Origin: Octopus bimaculoides
Taxonomy: Eukaryota
DNA: 34,393 bases
Assembly (NCBI RefSeq): GCF_001194135.2
Contig: NC_069007.1
Span: forward strand, 6,031,219-6,065,611
Reading direction: 5' to 3'
In this document: piece by piece, positions 10,779 through 22,431 of the stretch
Numbering within the stretch: position 1 is the first letter of the stretch
Layout: each line of letters opens with the position of its first letter
The notes under the pieces: model-generated
Told to the model about the DNA's origin: nothing
Database searches by the model: none
The model's input: only the letters and a program-made list of their open reading frames with translations
Made by a program: the position numbers and the translations under genes

Positions 10779-11426
10779 CGAGGGAAAGTGAAAAATTATC
10801 CACACTTTCGCCATAGCATACCCTTATTATTGTCACACCCCTTTCTGCGCATGCATGTATATAATTGGTACTATTGTGGTTAGACGATCGAAGTTTGAGC
10901 CTGATCATGCCAGTTTAAGCATGACCACCCCACAAGCAATGGGCATGAAAGAAAAACAAAGAGCAGTGATCAGAGAGATGGTAATGGTGAACCAGTTCAC
11001 CATTGTCATCTCACATGCTTGCTGAATCTTCTTGTCAGTGGTCGAGGTTGACAAGCGTTTTGTTCCCTCTCCACGTGCCATGCTTGTCTGGCATCTTTTA
11101 AACTTCTCAATCCACTCATACACACTTCTATATGGTAGTGCACTGTCTCCATATTGTGCTAAAAGCCTCTGATGAATTTTAGCACCTGACACGCCTTCCA
11201 GCCTGAAAAATCGGATCACTGCTCTTTGTTCTTCTTTGGTGCTCTTTGCTGATGGAGCGGCCATGCTTACACTGGGAAACCAGAAAGAAGAAATGGCAAC
11301 GATCAGGTTCAGACTTCGGTCATATGACCACAACAGTACCAACTATAAGCATGCATGTGCAGAAAGCAGTGTGACAATAATAAAGATGTTATGGCGAAAG
11401 TGTAGATAATTTTTGACTTGCCTTCA
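10779..11426. mobile_element. Fold-back mariner derivative made of two convergent 5' ends
   Basis: TA-CGAGGGAAAGTGAAAAATTATCC at the left end and its diverged inverse at the right end. Minus arm: MAAPSAKSTKEEQRAVIRFFRLEGVSGAKIHQRLLAQYGDSALPYRSVYEWIEKFKRC (mariner HTH). Plus arm: MTTPQAMGMKEKQRAVI, then EMVMVN. Confidence 0.85.
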
Positions 11427-11468
11427 CACACACACACACACGGATATATGTATACAATGAGTTTTTTT

Positions 11469-11617
11469 TTCAGCTTCTGTCTACCAAATCCACACACAAG
11501 ACTTTGCTTGGCCCAAGGCTATAGTAGAACACACTTGTCCAAGGTGTCACACAGTGGGACTGAACTCGGAATCCATGAGGTTGGGAAGCAAGCTTCTTAC
11601 CATACAGCCACGCCTGC
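11469..11617 (-). mobile_element. SINE family A, 5' portion
   Basis: Matches the head and central region of 15646-16070 in reverse complement. Confidence 0.8.
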
Positions 11618-11633
11618 ATACATACATACATCC

Positions 11634-11707
<74 letters not shown>

Positions 11708-12479
11708 ATTTATGTATATGTATATATATCACAAAGACCAATAAAGTTAAGCATTTTAATCTTACTTTAACATCATTGAAATACTTTTATCTGGTAACTT
11801 TCATAGAATTGGAAATTCTCTAATTCTCGGAGTTACCATTGTTCAAGGCAATTTCCTTCTATTACTGGTCCCAGAACGAATTTAGTCTTATTAAACAGTT
11901 TCTGTTTAATAGAATTCTGCAAGAATCTGATAAATAAAATATATTTTCCAGCAAAAGAAATTATTTCTTATACAGTTATTCCCAAATGTATATATTTTTT
12001 CTTCGAATAATGAAAAGAATTTTGTTATTCCATAAACAATGTGAGTGGCTTTTTGAATTTCTTTCATATTATCATCATCATCATCATTATTATTATTATT
12101 ATGCAAAACTGTTGGGCAGTGATCTTTGAAATTAAGTCAATACTTTTGTGCTAGATAAATGATTGAAGCTCCATTCAGACGCTGGCAGGATTCTTTTAAC
12201 ACTATCAGAAGGATACATTTTAGTCTGTAATTTGGTACTTGTTGCTAGAATTTGGGTTATATAGTTGTCTGATTAGCAAATCATGTTTCTCGTCCAGGTG
12301 ATTCTGGGTTCAATTCAACCGCGCATAAACTGTTCAGCAAGTGTTTTCTTTCATAGCTTCTGTCTTTCAGTTTATCTGATCCCTTCAGTGGGGAATTTTC
12401 TGGGGTCACTGTCCTGAAGGACTTAATTAAAGTCATCAAACCCAAGATTATTTTTAATTCTGTTATTACTTAGTCTATC

Positions 12480-12708
12480 AATTTGGGGTGGGGATGTGAG
12501 GTGGGTGGAGATGTAGGTGTGGGGTGGAGGTGTGGGATAGGGGTGGGGTATGTGGGAGTGGGGTGCAGGTGTGGGATATGGGTGGATGGGGTATCAATGG
12601 AGAGAGAATGTGGGTAGGAGTGAAGAGAGACAGTAGGTAGGAGTGAAGAGAGGAAGTGGGTAGGAGTGAAGAGAGGAAGTGTCAGATGAAGAGAGGAGAG
12701 GAGGGGAG
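12480..12708. repeat. Purine-rich low-complexity tract and short tandem (ggtaggagtgaagagag x3) at the Penelope 3' side
   Basis: Direct inspection. Confidence 0.65.
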
Positions 12709-14065
12709 TCAGATGAAGAGAGAAGGGGAGTTGAGCCCATGTGGAGCAAAGGAGCGAAGAGAGAAGATTAATTCCTATTCACAGCAAAGGCGGGTATCCG
12801 GATGGCCCTTGTGCAAAGACAATTCGAACACAGGCAGGTGTTGTAGTAAATGACCGGTAGAGCGGAAATGGCACGAGACCAGGGTGTCGTTGCTGAGTCC
12901 GATGTGTCAGAGGTGCTCCATGAACTGGTCAGTCAAGCAGCCACCCATTTGACCGATGCACAGAAAAGGGTAGAAAGAGCAGGAGATGCAGTAAACGACG
13001 CTGCTAGAAGTACAGGTAAAGGAGTCAGTGATATAATAGGAACGATGATGGCTGCCTGTAAGGATGGTGGTGCTGTAAAGGTAGGGGCAAATGCGGCATC
13101 ATGGATGGAAGTAGGAGAACCAGCCAGGTTGGGGGGAGGGGTTAGGGTAGAAACTGTGGACCAGGAGGTCATGAAGGTTGTGGGCTCATTTGAAGGACGA
13201 AAGGGGTAAGTTAGAGAAGATGTGCGAGGTGGAGAGGTCAGATTGGGGACACCAGAAGGCTCAGAGAATGGTGCGTTGGAGGGGAACGGGTAGTAGGTGA
13301 GGAGAAACGGGAGACAAGCAACGGTGGGGCGAGTGCGGGGGAGAGAAAGTGGAGGGACAGTCCAATGAACGTGCTCTGGCAAGAGCTGTATGGATAATGG
13401 TGAGGGGATATCCACGAAAGATGAAGTGGCGAACCATGAGTTGAGACTGTCACAAAGTCATGGTTGCCATTGCAGATCCTGCGCAGATGGAGGAATTGGG
13501 AGTAGGAGATAGAAAGTTTGGTGTGGGTAGAGTGAGAGGAGAGGAAGTTAAGATATGAGTGTGAGTTGGTGTGTTTGTAGTGGATGGAGGTAGTGAGAGC
13601 AGAGTTGTGTATGTCGATCGAAATGTCAAGAAATGCGACAGAAGTGTTGGAAATAGTGCAGGAGAATTCGAGGGCAGGATAAAAGGATTGGACAAAAGTG
13701 AGGAAGGAGTCTAGTTGTTCGTGGGAGAGTGAGGTCACACCGATACAGTCATCAATATAATGACCATATATTTCGGGAGTGGGACCAGTGAATCGTGAGA
13801 AAATTTGGGCCTCAACGTAGCTAACAAACAGGTTCGCACACTTGGGGCCCATTCTCATTCCCATTCCCGAGGTTTGCTGGTAAAACTCCCCCATGAACGA
13901 CAAGCAGTTGAGGGAGAGAACAAGTTCGACCAGGCGAAGAAATGTGGAGGTGTCAGGTTGGGGGTTGAGTTGAAGGTGTAGGAAGTGTGTGAGTGCAAGA
14001 AGTCCTTCATTGTGTAGGATCGCTGACTGGAAATAGACTATTGATATCAAGAGTGAAGAGTAGTT
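12709..14065 (-). pseudogene. Penelope-like retroelement (Neptune-type): RT, Cys linker and GIY-YIG endonuclease; decayed
   Basis: LFTLDINS..GMGMRMGPKCANLFVSYVE..YIDDCIG..VAFLDISI..YSQFLHLRRIC (PLE RT). A downstream frame reads HP*CRICPYL..FTCTSSSVVYCISC..LCIGQMG..FMEHL*..HFRSTGH..ELIFSLRSFAPHGLN and ends at TGA 12709-12711. Frameshifts and stops are present. Confidence 0.9.
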
Positions 14066-14210
14066 TAGAGGGTATAATATCCCAGTTTTTGTATGATTTT
14101 TGCTACCCTGGTAACTATTAACATATTTACATTATCATAGTTTTTTCAACCAAGATAATATTAATATATACATAAATTAAATATATATATATGTATATAT
14201 ATAGATATAC

Positions 14211-14342
14211 ATATTGAAAAAAATGTCGTCAGAATTTTGGAATAACTTCTTTCATTTATTTTATACATATATTAGCGCTAATATATGTATAAAATAAATG
14301 AAAGAAGTTATTCCTAAATTCTGACGACTTTTTTTTCAATAT
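14211..14342. repeat. 132-bp near-perfect palindrome without spacer
   Basis: Two 66-bp arms centred on TTAGC|GCTAA (14276/14277); 2 mismatches. Confidence 0.92.
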
Positions 14343-15645
14343 TTAATTCTGTACATCACACCTAACACTCTATACACACACACACACACANNNNNNNNNN
14401 NNNNNNNNNNNNNNNNNNNNNNNNNNNNNNNNNNNNNNNNNNNNNNNNNNNNNNNNNNNNNNNNNNNNNNNNNNNNNNNNNNNNNNNNNNNNNNNNNNNN
14501 NNNNNNNNNNNNNNNNNNNNNNNNNNNNNNNNNNNNNNNNNNNNNNNNNNNNNNNNNNNNNNNNNNNNNNNNNNNNNTGGCTATGGCTGCCCTCATTGAA
14601 ACTTTTCTGTAATAGAATCATAAAGAAAATCATGTCCAAGAAGAATCTGATTTCTAAAAGTAGAGACAGCGATAGAGAGAGAGAAAAAAAAAAGCCAAGA
14701 TTATTTTGAGAACCTAGGTTCCAATCATGAGGTAATTGACTCAATTATGCTTCTGCACATATGAAGAATTCAAGAATTTGGCTCACAAAAGATGCAAAAC
14801 ATTGATTTCTTGTGATTCCACATGAAATTTACTCAGAATGGCTAAAGTCAGATCCATAAGATAATTTATTTGGGCAAATTCTTCAGATTAAATAACTAAA
14901 TTTAATTGAAGAGATTTCATCTTAATTTCTGAAGAACAATTAGTGAAGAGAAGGATGGTGCAATCTATAGTTCTATTTTTTGGGTGATTCCTCAGCAATC
15001 TTTGCAATTATATTTAGCGCCATTATTTCTTTACCATTCTAATTGCATTTTAACAGTGAGAAGTAGAAAGAAAATAACAAACAACAATACAACTCCTTTT
15101 GTATTGTATGTTTCTTTGGAACTAAATTCTCTGCATCCATTAATTTTCTTCTTAGAAAAGAATTTTCTGTCATTGGGAAGCAATTAAGAGCAATTTCTTA
15201 TTTCTAATATATATTTTTATATTGATTTATTTTTATTCTTATTTTAGTTTCCTCATAAACTATTGTCTCTGGCTTTAATATCTCCATATATTGTAAGCAG
15301 ATGTTTGTTGTTTATGTTTTTCACTTTAATCTTTCAAGTGGTCATTACTACATTTGTCTATGATGAGTCAATGAAAGGGAGAGCATCGACGTGGTCGTTC
15401 GATGTGCTAGAAACAGAAGCCAAAAACCTTACTAGTTTAAAAAGAAATGAAAAAAATATTAACAATCAATACTGAAATGCTTTGATCAAAACTTTGTGTG
15501 ATGTGAGCTAACCTAAGGGATAAACAACCATAACAACACCAACAACAACATTTTGTTTAATAAACTAATGGGATAGCATCTACCTGGTTACTCAGTCTGC
15601 TAGAAATAATAACTCAGAAGCTTATCATCATCATTATTTAACATA

Positions 15646-16070
15646 TAGGCGTAGAAGTGGCTGTGTAGTAAGTAGCTTGCTTTCCAACCACATGGTTCCG
15701 GGTTCATTCCCACTGCGTGGCATCTTGGGCAAGAGTCTTCTACTATAGCCTCGGGCCAACCAAACCCTTGTGAGTGGATTTGGTAGACGGAAACTGAAAG
15801 AAGCCCGTCGTATATATGTATATATATATATATGTATGTATGTATGTGTGTGTATATGTTTGTGCGTCTGTGTTTGTCCTCCCAACATCTCTTGACAACT
15901 CATGCTGGTGCGTTTACGTCCCCGTAACTTAGCGGTTTGGCAAAAGAGACCAATAGAATAAGTACTAGGCTTCCAAAGAATAAGTCCTGGGGTCGATTTG
16001 CTCAACTAAAGGCGGTGCTCCAGCATGGCGACAGTCAAATGACTGAAATAAGTAAAAGTGTAAAAGAGTA
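15646..16070 (+). mobile_element. SINE family A, full length (tRNA head, CORE-like segment, internal microsatellite, taaaagag tail)
   Basis: gtggctgtgtagtaag..gggttcattccc; tggcatcttgggcaag; 3' cagcatggcgacagtcaaatgactgaaataagtaaaag; at least 7 related copies in the window. Confidence 0.88.
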
Positions 16071-16080
16071 TCTAAGTTTT

Positions 16081-16200
16081 CATGCTTGCATGAGTTGGAT
16101 GGAGTTTTGTTGAGGAAGATTTTTCTACAGCTGGATGCCCTTCCTGTCGTCAACCCTTACCTGATTCCAAATAGGGCATTATTTCTTAAAGACCAGGCAT
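16081..16200 (-). repeat. Degenerate repeat family F fragment
   Basis: tttctacagctggatgcccttcct motif shared with family F. Confidence 0.55.
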
Positions 16201-16301
16201 ATTTCCATGGAAGATTAGAAATAAAGAACTCCATTTGAATGATAGTGACATTTGTTTACAATTATCACGTGAAGTCAAGACAATGAGACATTGACATGCA
16301 T

Positions 16302-16340
<39 letters not shown>

Positions 16341-16937
16341 TATATATGATGATGATGATATATATATATTGATAGATAGATAGTTATGTATATTGTGTGT
16401 GTGTGTGTATCTGTGCATGTGTATATATACTTATATCCATATATATATAAATATACATAAGGTGTATTCAAGAAATTTTGAGAGACTTTTTCTCTAGATG
16501 CAGTGGAATCAAACCTGTCACAGCTAAACAAACATCTCATCCACATCACCATACCAGCATCTATTTCTTGTTGTTGCTGTTATTTTAATTTTTCATCTCA
16601 TCTTCTGCTTCATTAAAAATTGATTAGATTAAGACAACACTAAAATTAAATATTTTAAATGGTCAATACTGACAATGCATTGGTTTTGCTTTTGGGATTA
16701 TTGAACTTTATTGCAATAATCACAATAATCAATATTTATTTGTCTCAGAGAGGTGCAAACTGACAGAAATGGTGAGTTGACAGAAAAGGTAAAATTTAAA
16801 TAATTTTAAAGTTTTAATTTAATTATGTCACATTTTTATTCCCCAGTTTATTCTGCCAACACTGTCTCAGCTGCATTTTAATATTCTTACCATCACTTTT
16901 AAATATACATATTTGTATCCCAAACGAAATGCAACTT

Positions 16938-16996
<59 letters not shown>

Positions 16997-17556
16997 ATAC
17001 ACTGGAAGCTATGCCAACACTATGGAATAACAACAGAAAAAAGATGGTATAAACACACACCAGAAAAAGGTCACAGAAAATGAGAAAGCAACAATACTAT
17101 GGGATATGCCAATACACACAGATAAAGCAATTAAGGCAAACAGACCAGATATAGTCGTCAAAGATCATGAAGGGAAAAAATGCTTTCTAATTGATGTATC
17201 AATACTAGCAGATGACAATGTTTCTCTGAAAGAAATGGAGAAACTTTCAAAATACAAAGACCTGGAAATAGAGGTAACTCGAATGTGGAATCTAAAAATA
17301 GAAACAATTCCTATCATAGTAGGCGCCTTAGGTATAATAAAAAAATATTCAGACAAATACATAATAAAAACACCAGGACTTACAAATATATATAACATAC
17401 AGAAAATTGTACTACTGGGCACTGCACACATCCTACGCAAAACACTTTCAATACAGTAACCATAAGAGCATCACAGCAAACCACAGCACATACCCAAGGC
17501 ACACAGAGCTGCGCTCGGTAGTGAAGTGAAAGCACGTTATAAAAATAAAACTACTG
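16997..17556 (+). mobile_element. 3' end of an R4/Dong-like non-LTR retrotransposon with a restriction-like endonuclease domain
   Basis: IHWKLCQHYG..ILWDMPIHTDKAIKANRPDIVVKD..CFLIDVSI..EKLSKYKDLEIEVTRMW..IPIIVGALG..IQKIVLLGTAHILRKTL* (PD-(D/E)xK RLE); a short 3' UTR ends in (TAA)n. Confidence 0.9.
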
Positions 17557-17801
17557 AATAATGATAATAATAATAATAATAATTATTATTATTATTATTA
17601 TAACAATAATTATAATGAAGGCTTCAAATTTTGACACAAGGGCAACAATTTTGGGGAAAGGAATGAGTCGATTACATGAATACCTGCTGCAATATGGTGT
17701 GTAAGACATGGGTGTAAACGCAGATGAAATGGTGGACAAGGAACACTTTAACCAAAGAGCTTAGGAGAAGAGAAAAGAAGACCTTCTTGAAATGAGAATC
17801 C

Positions 17802-17873
<72 letters not shown>

Positions 17874-17999
17874 NNNNNNNNNNNNNNNNNNNNNNNNNNN
17901 NNNNNNNNNNNNNNNNNNNNNNNNNNNNNNNNNNNNNNNNNNNNNNNNNNNNNNNNNNNNNNNNNNNNNNNNNNNNNNNNNNNNNNNNNNNNNNNNNNN

Positions 18000-18258
18000 G
18001 GTTTTCGAGCGAGATCGTTGCCAGTGCCCCTGGACTGGCTCTTGTGCGGGTGGCACATAAAAGACACCATTTCGAGCGTGGCCGTTTTCGTGTGGGTGAC
18101 ACGTAAAAGCACCCACTACACTCTCTGAGTGGTTGGTGTTAGGAAGGGCATCCAGCTGTAGAAACTCTGCCAAATCAGATTGGAGCCTGATGTTGCCATC
18201 CGGTTGCACCAGTCCTCAGTCAAAGCGGACGTTAAACGATGATGATGATGATGATGAT
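18000..18258 (+). mobile_element. Repeat family F (SINE-like, GAT tail)
   Basis: ttaggaagggcatccagctgtagaaactctgcc..gcggacgttaaacgatgatgat; multiple copies in the window. Confidence 0.85.
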
Positions 18259-18513
18259 ATACATGCATATATATATATATGCGTGTGTGAGTTTTTAGTT
18301 ATAAAAACTTCTTTACTTTAGTGATTATAGATAATGATGTCAACACTTTTTTAAACATCACGAAGCTGTGTAATTAATCAAAACTGTGCAACAATTCATT
18401 TAAAAGTTCCGTATTGATCACCCATTAATTACATTTACAATTCTTATTTTATTTTCCTAAATTTGACTACAGCACATCACTATTGTTTAGAATAATTAAA
18501 CAAAATTAATATT

Positions 18514-19000
18514 TTAACCCCCTTTGATACCAATCCACTGGAGGCTGTCCTTAGTTCTATGATAAAATTTTCTGCTGTTGACTGATCTAAATTAAAATGT
18601 TCCATCAAAATTTCATGCTAATTTATTTTTGAATTTTTCATTATTTTCAAAAATTATTTGAAACAAATGTACTGTATTTTAACCAAAAATATAACAAATT
18701 TGTTAAAGTGATCTAAATTAAAATGTTTCGTCCAAATTTCAGTTGAATTTATGTTTGAAATCTTCATTATTTTAAAAGTTAATCGAAATTAAAGCAGTGT
18801 ATTGCAATAGAAATATGTTGACAAAAGTGTCAAAGTGATCTAAGGTAAAACATTCAATCAAAATTTCATGTTGATTTATGTTTGTATTCTTCATTATTCT
18901 CAAAATTAATTGAAACAAAGGCAGTGTATTTCAACAGAAAAATGGTTGAAGTGATCTAAGGTAAAACATTTCATTAAAATTAATTCTTAATCTATGCTTG
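18514..19000 (+). mobile_element. piggyBac-like end (TTAA-CCC) followed by an approximately 126-bp AT-rich tandem subrepeat
   Basis: TTAACCCCCTTTGATACC at 18514; gatctaa(a/g) unit starts at 18584, 18710, 18837 and 18953. No partner end found. Confidence 0.5.
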
Positions 19001-20005
19001 AACCGCTATCTTATTAATGAGAAATTAATTTTAATGAATTCTTTGCGTTAATAGTTTCTAGAGTAATGGTATGCAAATAATAGGTGTATAATTACTGATT
19101 TCTCTTCTCTTTTTTTTTGTTATTATTATTATTATTCAGGGTTGATAAATTAAGTACCAGTGTTTCACTGGGGCCAATGTAATCCCCTTTCCCCAAATTT
19201 CAGGCCTGCTGCCTATAGTAGAAAGGATTATCATTATTATTATAAGCATTTTGCTCAGCCTCCCCTATGATTCTGCCAGCCTTAGTAATAATTATAAGAT
19301 GAAGCACAATCAGAAACAGCTGTTAGCTAATGAAACTGATTATATAATTCCTTCTCCTTTGCCATTCAATTATGTATATACACATACATATATACACACA
19401 CGTGTATATATATATATATATATATATNNNNNNNNNNNNNNNNNNNNNNNNNNNNNNNNNNNNNNNNNNNNNNNNNNNNNNNNNNNNNNNNNNNNNNNNN
19501 NNNNNNNNNNNNNNNNNNNNNNNNNNNNNNNNNNNNNNNNNNNNNNNNNNNNNNNNNNNNNNNNNNNNNNNNNNNNNNNNNNNNNNNNNNNNNNNNNNNN
19601 NNNNNNNNNNNNNNNNNNNNNNNNNNNNNNNNNNNNNNNNNNNNNNNNNNNNNNNNNNNNNNNNNNNNNNNNNNNNNNNNNNNNNNNNNNNNNNNNNNNN
19701 NNNNNNNNNNNNNNNNNNNNNNNNNNNNNNNNNNNNNNNNNNNNNNNNNNNNNNNNNNNNNNNNNNNNNNNNNNNNNNNNNNNNNNNNNNNNNNNNNNNN
19801 NNNNNNNNNNNNNNNNNNNNNNNNNNNNNNNNNNNNNNNNNNNNNNNNNNNNNNNNNNNNNNNNNNNNNNNNNNNNNNNNNNNNNNNNNNNNNNNNNNNN
19901 NNNNNNNNNNNNNNNNNNNNNNNNNNNNNNNNNNNNNNNNNNNNNNNNNNNNNNNNNNNNNNNNNNNNNNNNNNNNNNNNNNNNNNNNNNNNNNNNNNNN
20001 NNNNN

Positions 20006-20219
20006 AGCGTGGCCGTTTTCGTGCGGGTGACACGTAAAAGCACCCACTACACTCTCTGAGTGGTTGGCGTTAGGAAGGGCATCCAGCTGTAGAAACTCTG
20101 CCAAATTAGACTGGAGCCTGGTGTTGCCATCCGGTTTCACCAGTCCTCAGTCAAATCGTCCAACCCATGCTAGCATGGAAAGCGGACGTTAAACGATGAT
20201 GATGATGATGATGATGATG
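20006..20219 (+). mobile_element. Repeat family F
   Basis: Same conserved body and (GAT)n tail; a degenerate copy follows at about 20320-20490. Confidence 0.85.
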
Positions 20220-20487
20220 AAAAAGTGTTGAGCCTCATGGAGGCAATAACAAAAGAGTCAGTCCTTTGGCATTATACTGTGCTTGAGAAGAACCATCAAG
20301 CCAAATAAAATCATAGTCATGGCGGATGCTGGTATCACATAAAAGTACTGGTCATACTCTCACAGTGGTTGGCATTAGGAAGGGCCAAAGCAGACTGGAG
20401 TCTGGTGCAGCCTTCCAGCTTGCCAACCCTGGTCAAACCGTCCAACCCATGAATGCATGGAAGACGGACGTTAAATGATAATGATGA

Positions 20488-20581
<94 letters not shown>

Positions 20582-20841
20582 GCATCAATATACACATGCA
20601 CATATACGTCTAACAGAATATATAATATGACTCAGGATATCCTCGTTGTCTTGAAATCAATGCCGTGTAATCAATTCTAATTAATCTTTGTAATTTAATT
20701 AGCGACAGATATAGCTTGGCTGCTGAACAATTAATAGATTCTCGTCTTATTTGTTTAACGCAATTCTCAGGCGATATTTGCCTCAATTCCTTACGTCTGC
20801 AAACGAATCTCTGTATATGAGTGTGTGTGAATTCATATATA

Positions 20842-21235
20842 TAGGCGGTGGCTGTGTGGTAAGTAGCTTGCTTACCAACCACATGGTACCGGGTTCAGTT
20901 CCACTGCGTGGTATCTTGGGCAAGTGTCTTCTACTATAGCCTTGGGTCGACCAAAGCCTTGTGAGTGGATTTGGTAGACGGAAACTGAAAGAAGCCCATC
21001 GTATACATGTAAATATATGTATGTGTGTGTGTGTGTGTGTTTATGTGTTTGGGTGTCTGTGTTTGTCCCCCCAATATCGCTTTACAACTGATGCTGGTGT
21101 GTTTACGTCCCCGTAACTTAGCGGTTCGGCAGAAGAGAATGATAGAATAAGTACTAGGCTTCCAAAGAATAAGTCCTGGAGTTGATTTGCTTCACTAAAG
21201 ACGGTGCTCCAGCATGGCCACAGTCAAATGACTAT
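20842..21235 (+). mobile_element. SINE family A, near full length
   Basis: Collinear with 15646-16070. Confidence 0.88.
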
Positions 21236-21474
21236 AACGATGATGATAGTGATGATATCAATGATGGTGTTGAGGATGATGATAACGATGATTATGATGG
21301 TGGTAATGATGATGATGATGATACTGATGATGATGGTGGTGGTGGTAGTGGTGGTGATGATGATGATCATCATAACAAGAATGACAAAACTGATGACAAC
21401 AATGACAACAGTTGATGATAATAATGATGAGAGGCAACAACGATGACAGCAACAATAACGGTGATGACGATGAC

Positions 21475-21506
<32 letters not shown>

Positions 21507-21695
21507 CAGCAACGACGATGATGGTGAAGATGATGATGATAACAATGATGATCATGATGAGGATGATGATGATAATGCTGATGGTAATGATGACAATGAT
21601 GACAAAAGTCAAGATCTGCTGCTACTCTTGCTGCTGCTGCTGCTGATGATGATGATACTAATGGCAACAATAGGATAATGATGATGATGATGATT
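21236..21695. repeat. Degenerate (GAT)n-based triplet array
   Basis: Mixed GAT/GAC/AAT/GGT/AAC/CTG triplets over about 460 bp. Confidence 0.9.
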
Positions 21696-21781
21696 TCTTG
21701 TCTTATATTCTCTTCATTTTCTTTCCCACATTTCTATCTGCTTTTTTTTTTGTAGTTGCAGAAACACTTCCATTTTTCACA

Positions 21782-21851
<70 letters not shown>

Positions 21852-22372
21852 TACACACACAAGCATACACACACAGATATATACACACCATTAACTGGTG
21901 ACCCTTTAACCCAATGAACAAAGACCACAGACAAACACACACATACAAACACACACACAAACACAAAGACAAACAGACAGGGAGACAAACAAGACAGGCA
22001 GAAAGACAATTTTATTGTCGATTCGTGATAAAGCTGAAACAAAACAAAAAATATCCGTGATTTCAACATTGAACCGAATATCGAACGCAATACTTTTGAG
22101 AGAGTAAATTATGTCTTTGGAATATCTGCATGCAATATGGTTTTACGATTATTGAGTAAGTTAAAGCAATGCTTTGTGTGAACTTCGAGAGATGTGGCCG
22201 CAATGATACATGGTCAAAATCTAATATATTCTTCTGGAAGTCATTACAAATATGAATTTATTTCAATGAAATGTCTCCAGCTCTATATTTTATGATATAT
22301 ATAAGATCATGTCTGCATTAAGTATGTTTATATAATAAGTGTGTATGTATGTGTACGGGTGTATAATTTTGC

Positions 22373-22431
<59 letters not shown>

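Noticed and set aside
12850-13209. Plus-strand 119-aa ORF
   Set aside because: Antisense to the Penelope linker/endonuclease region.
14321-14327. CTGACGA hammerhead core motif within the palindrome arm
   Set aside because: No downstream stem II, GAAA or UH site.
18584-19000. Regularly spaced repeat that might suggest a CRISPR array
   Set aside because: Whole units are homologous (no unique spacers), the DNA is eukaryotic, and there are no cas genes.
21182-21678. Poly-Asp, poly-His, poly-Ile and poly-Met ORFs
   Set aside because: Translations of a triplet microsatellite array, with no splice or start context.
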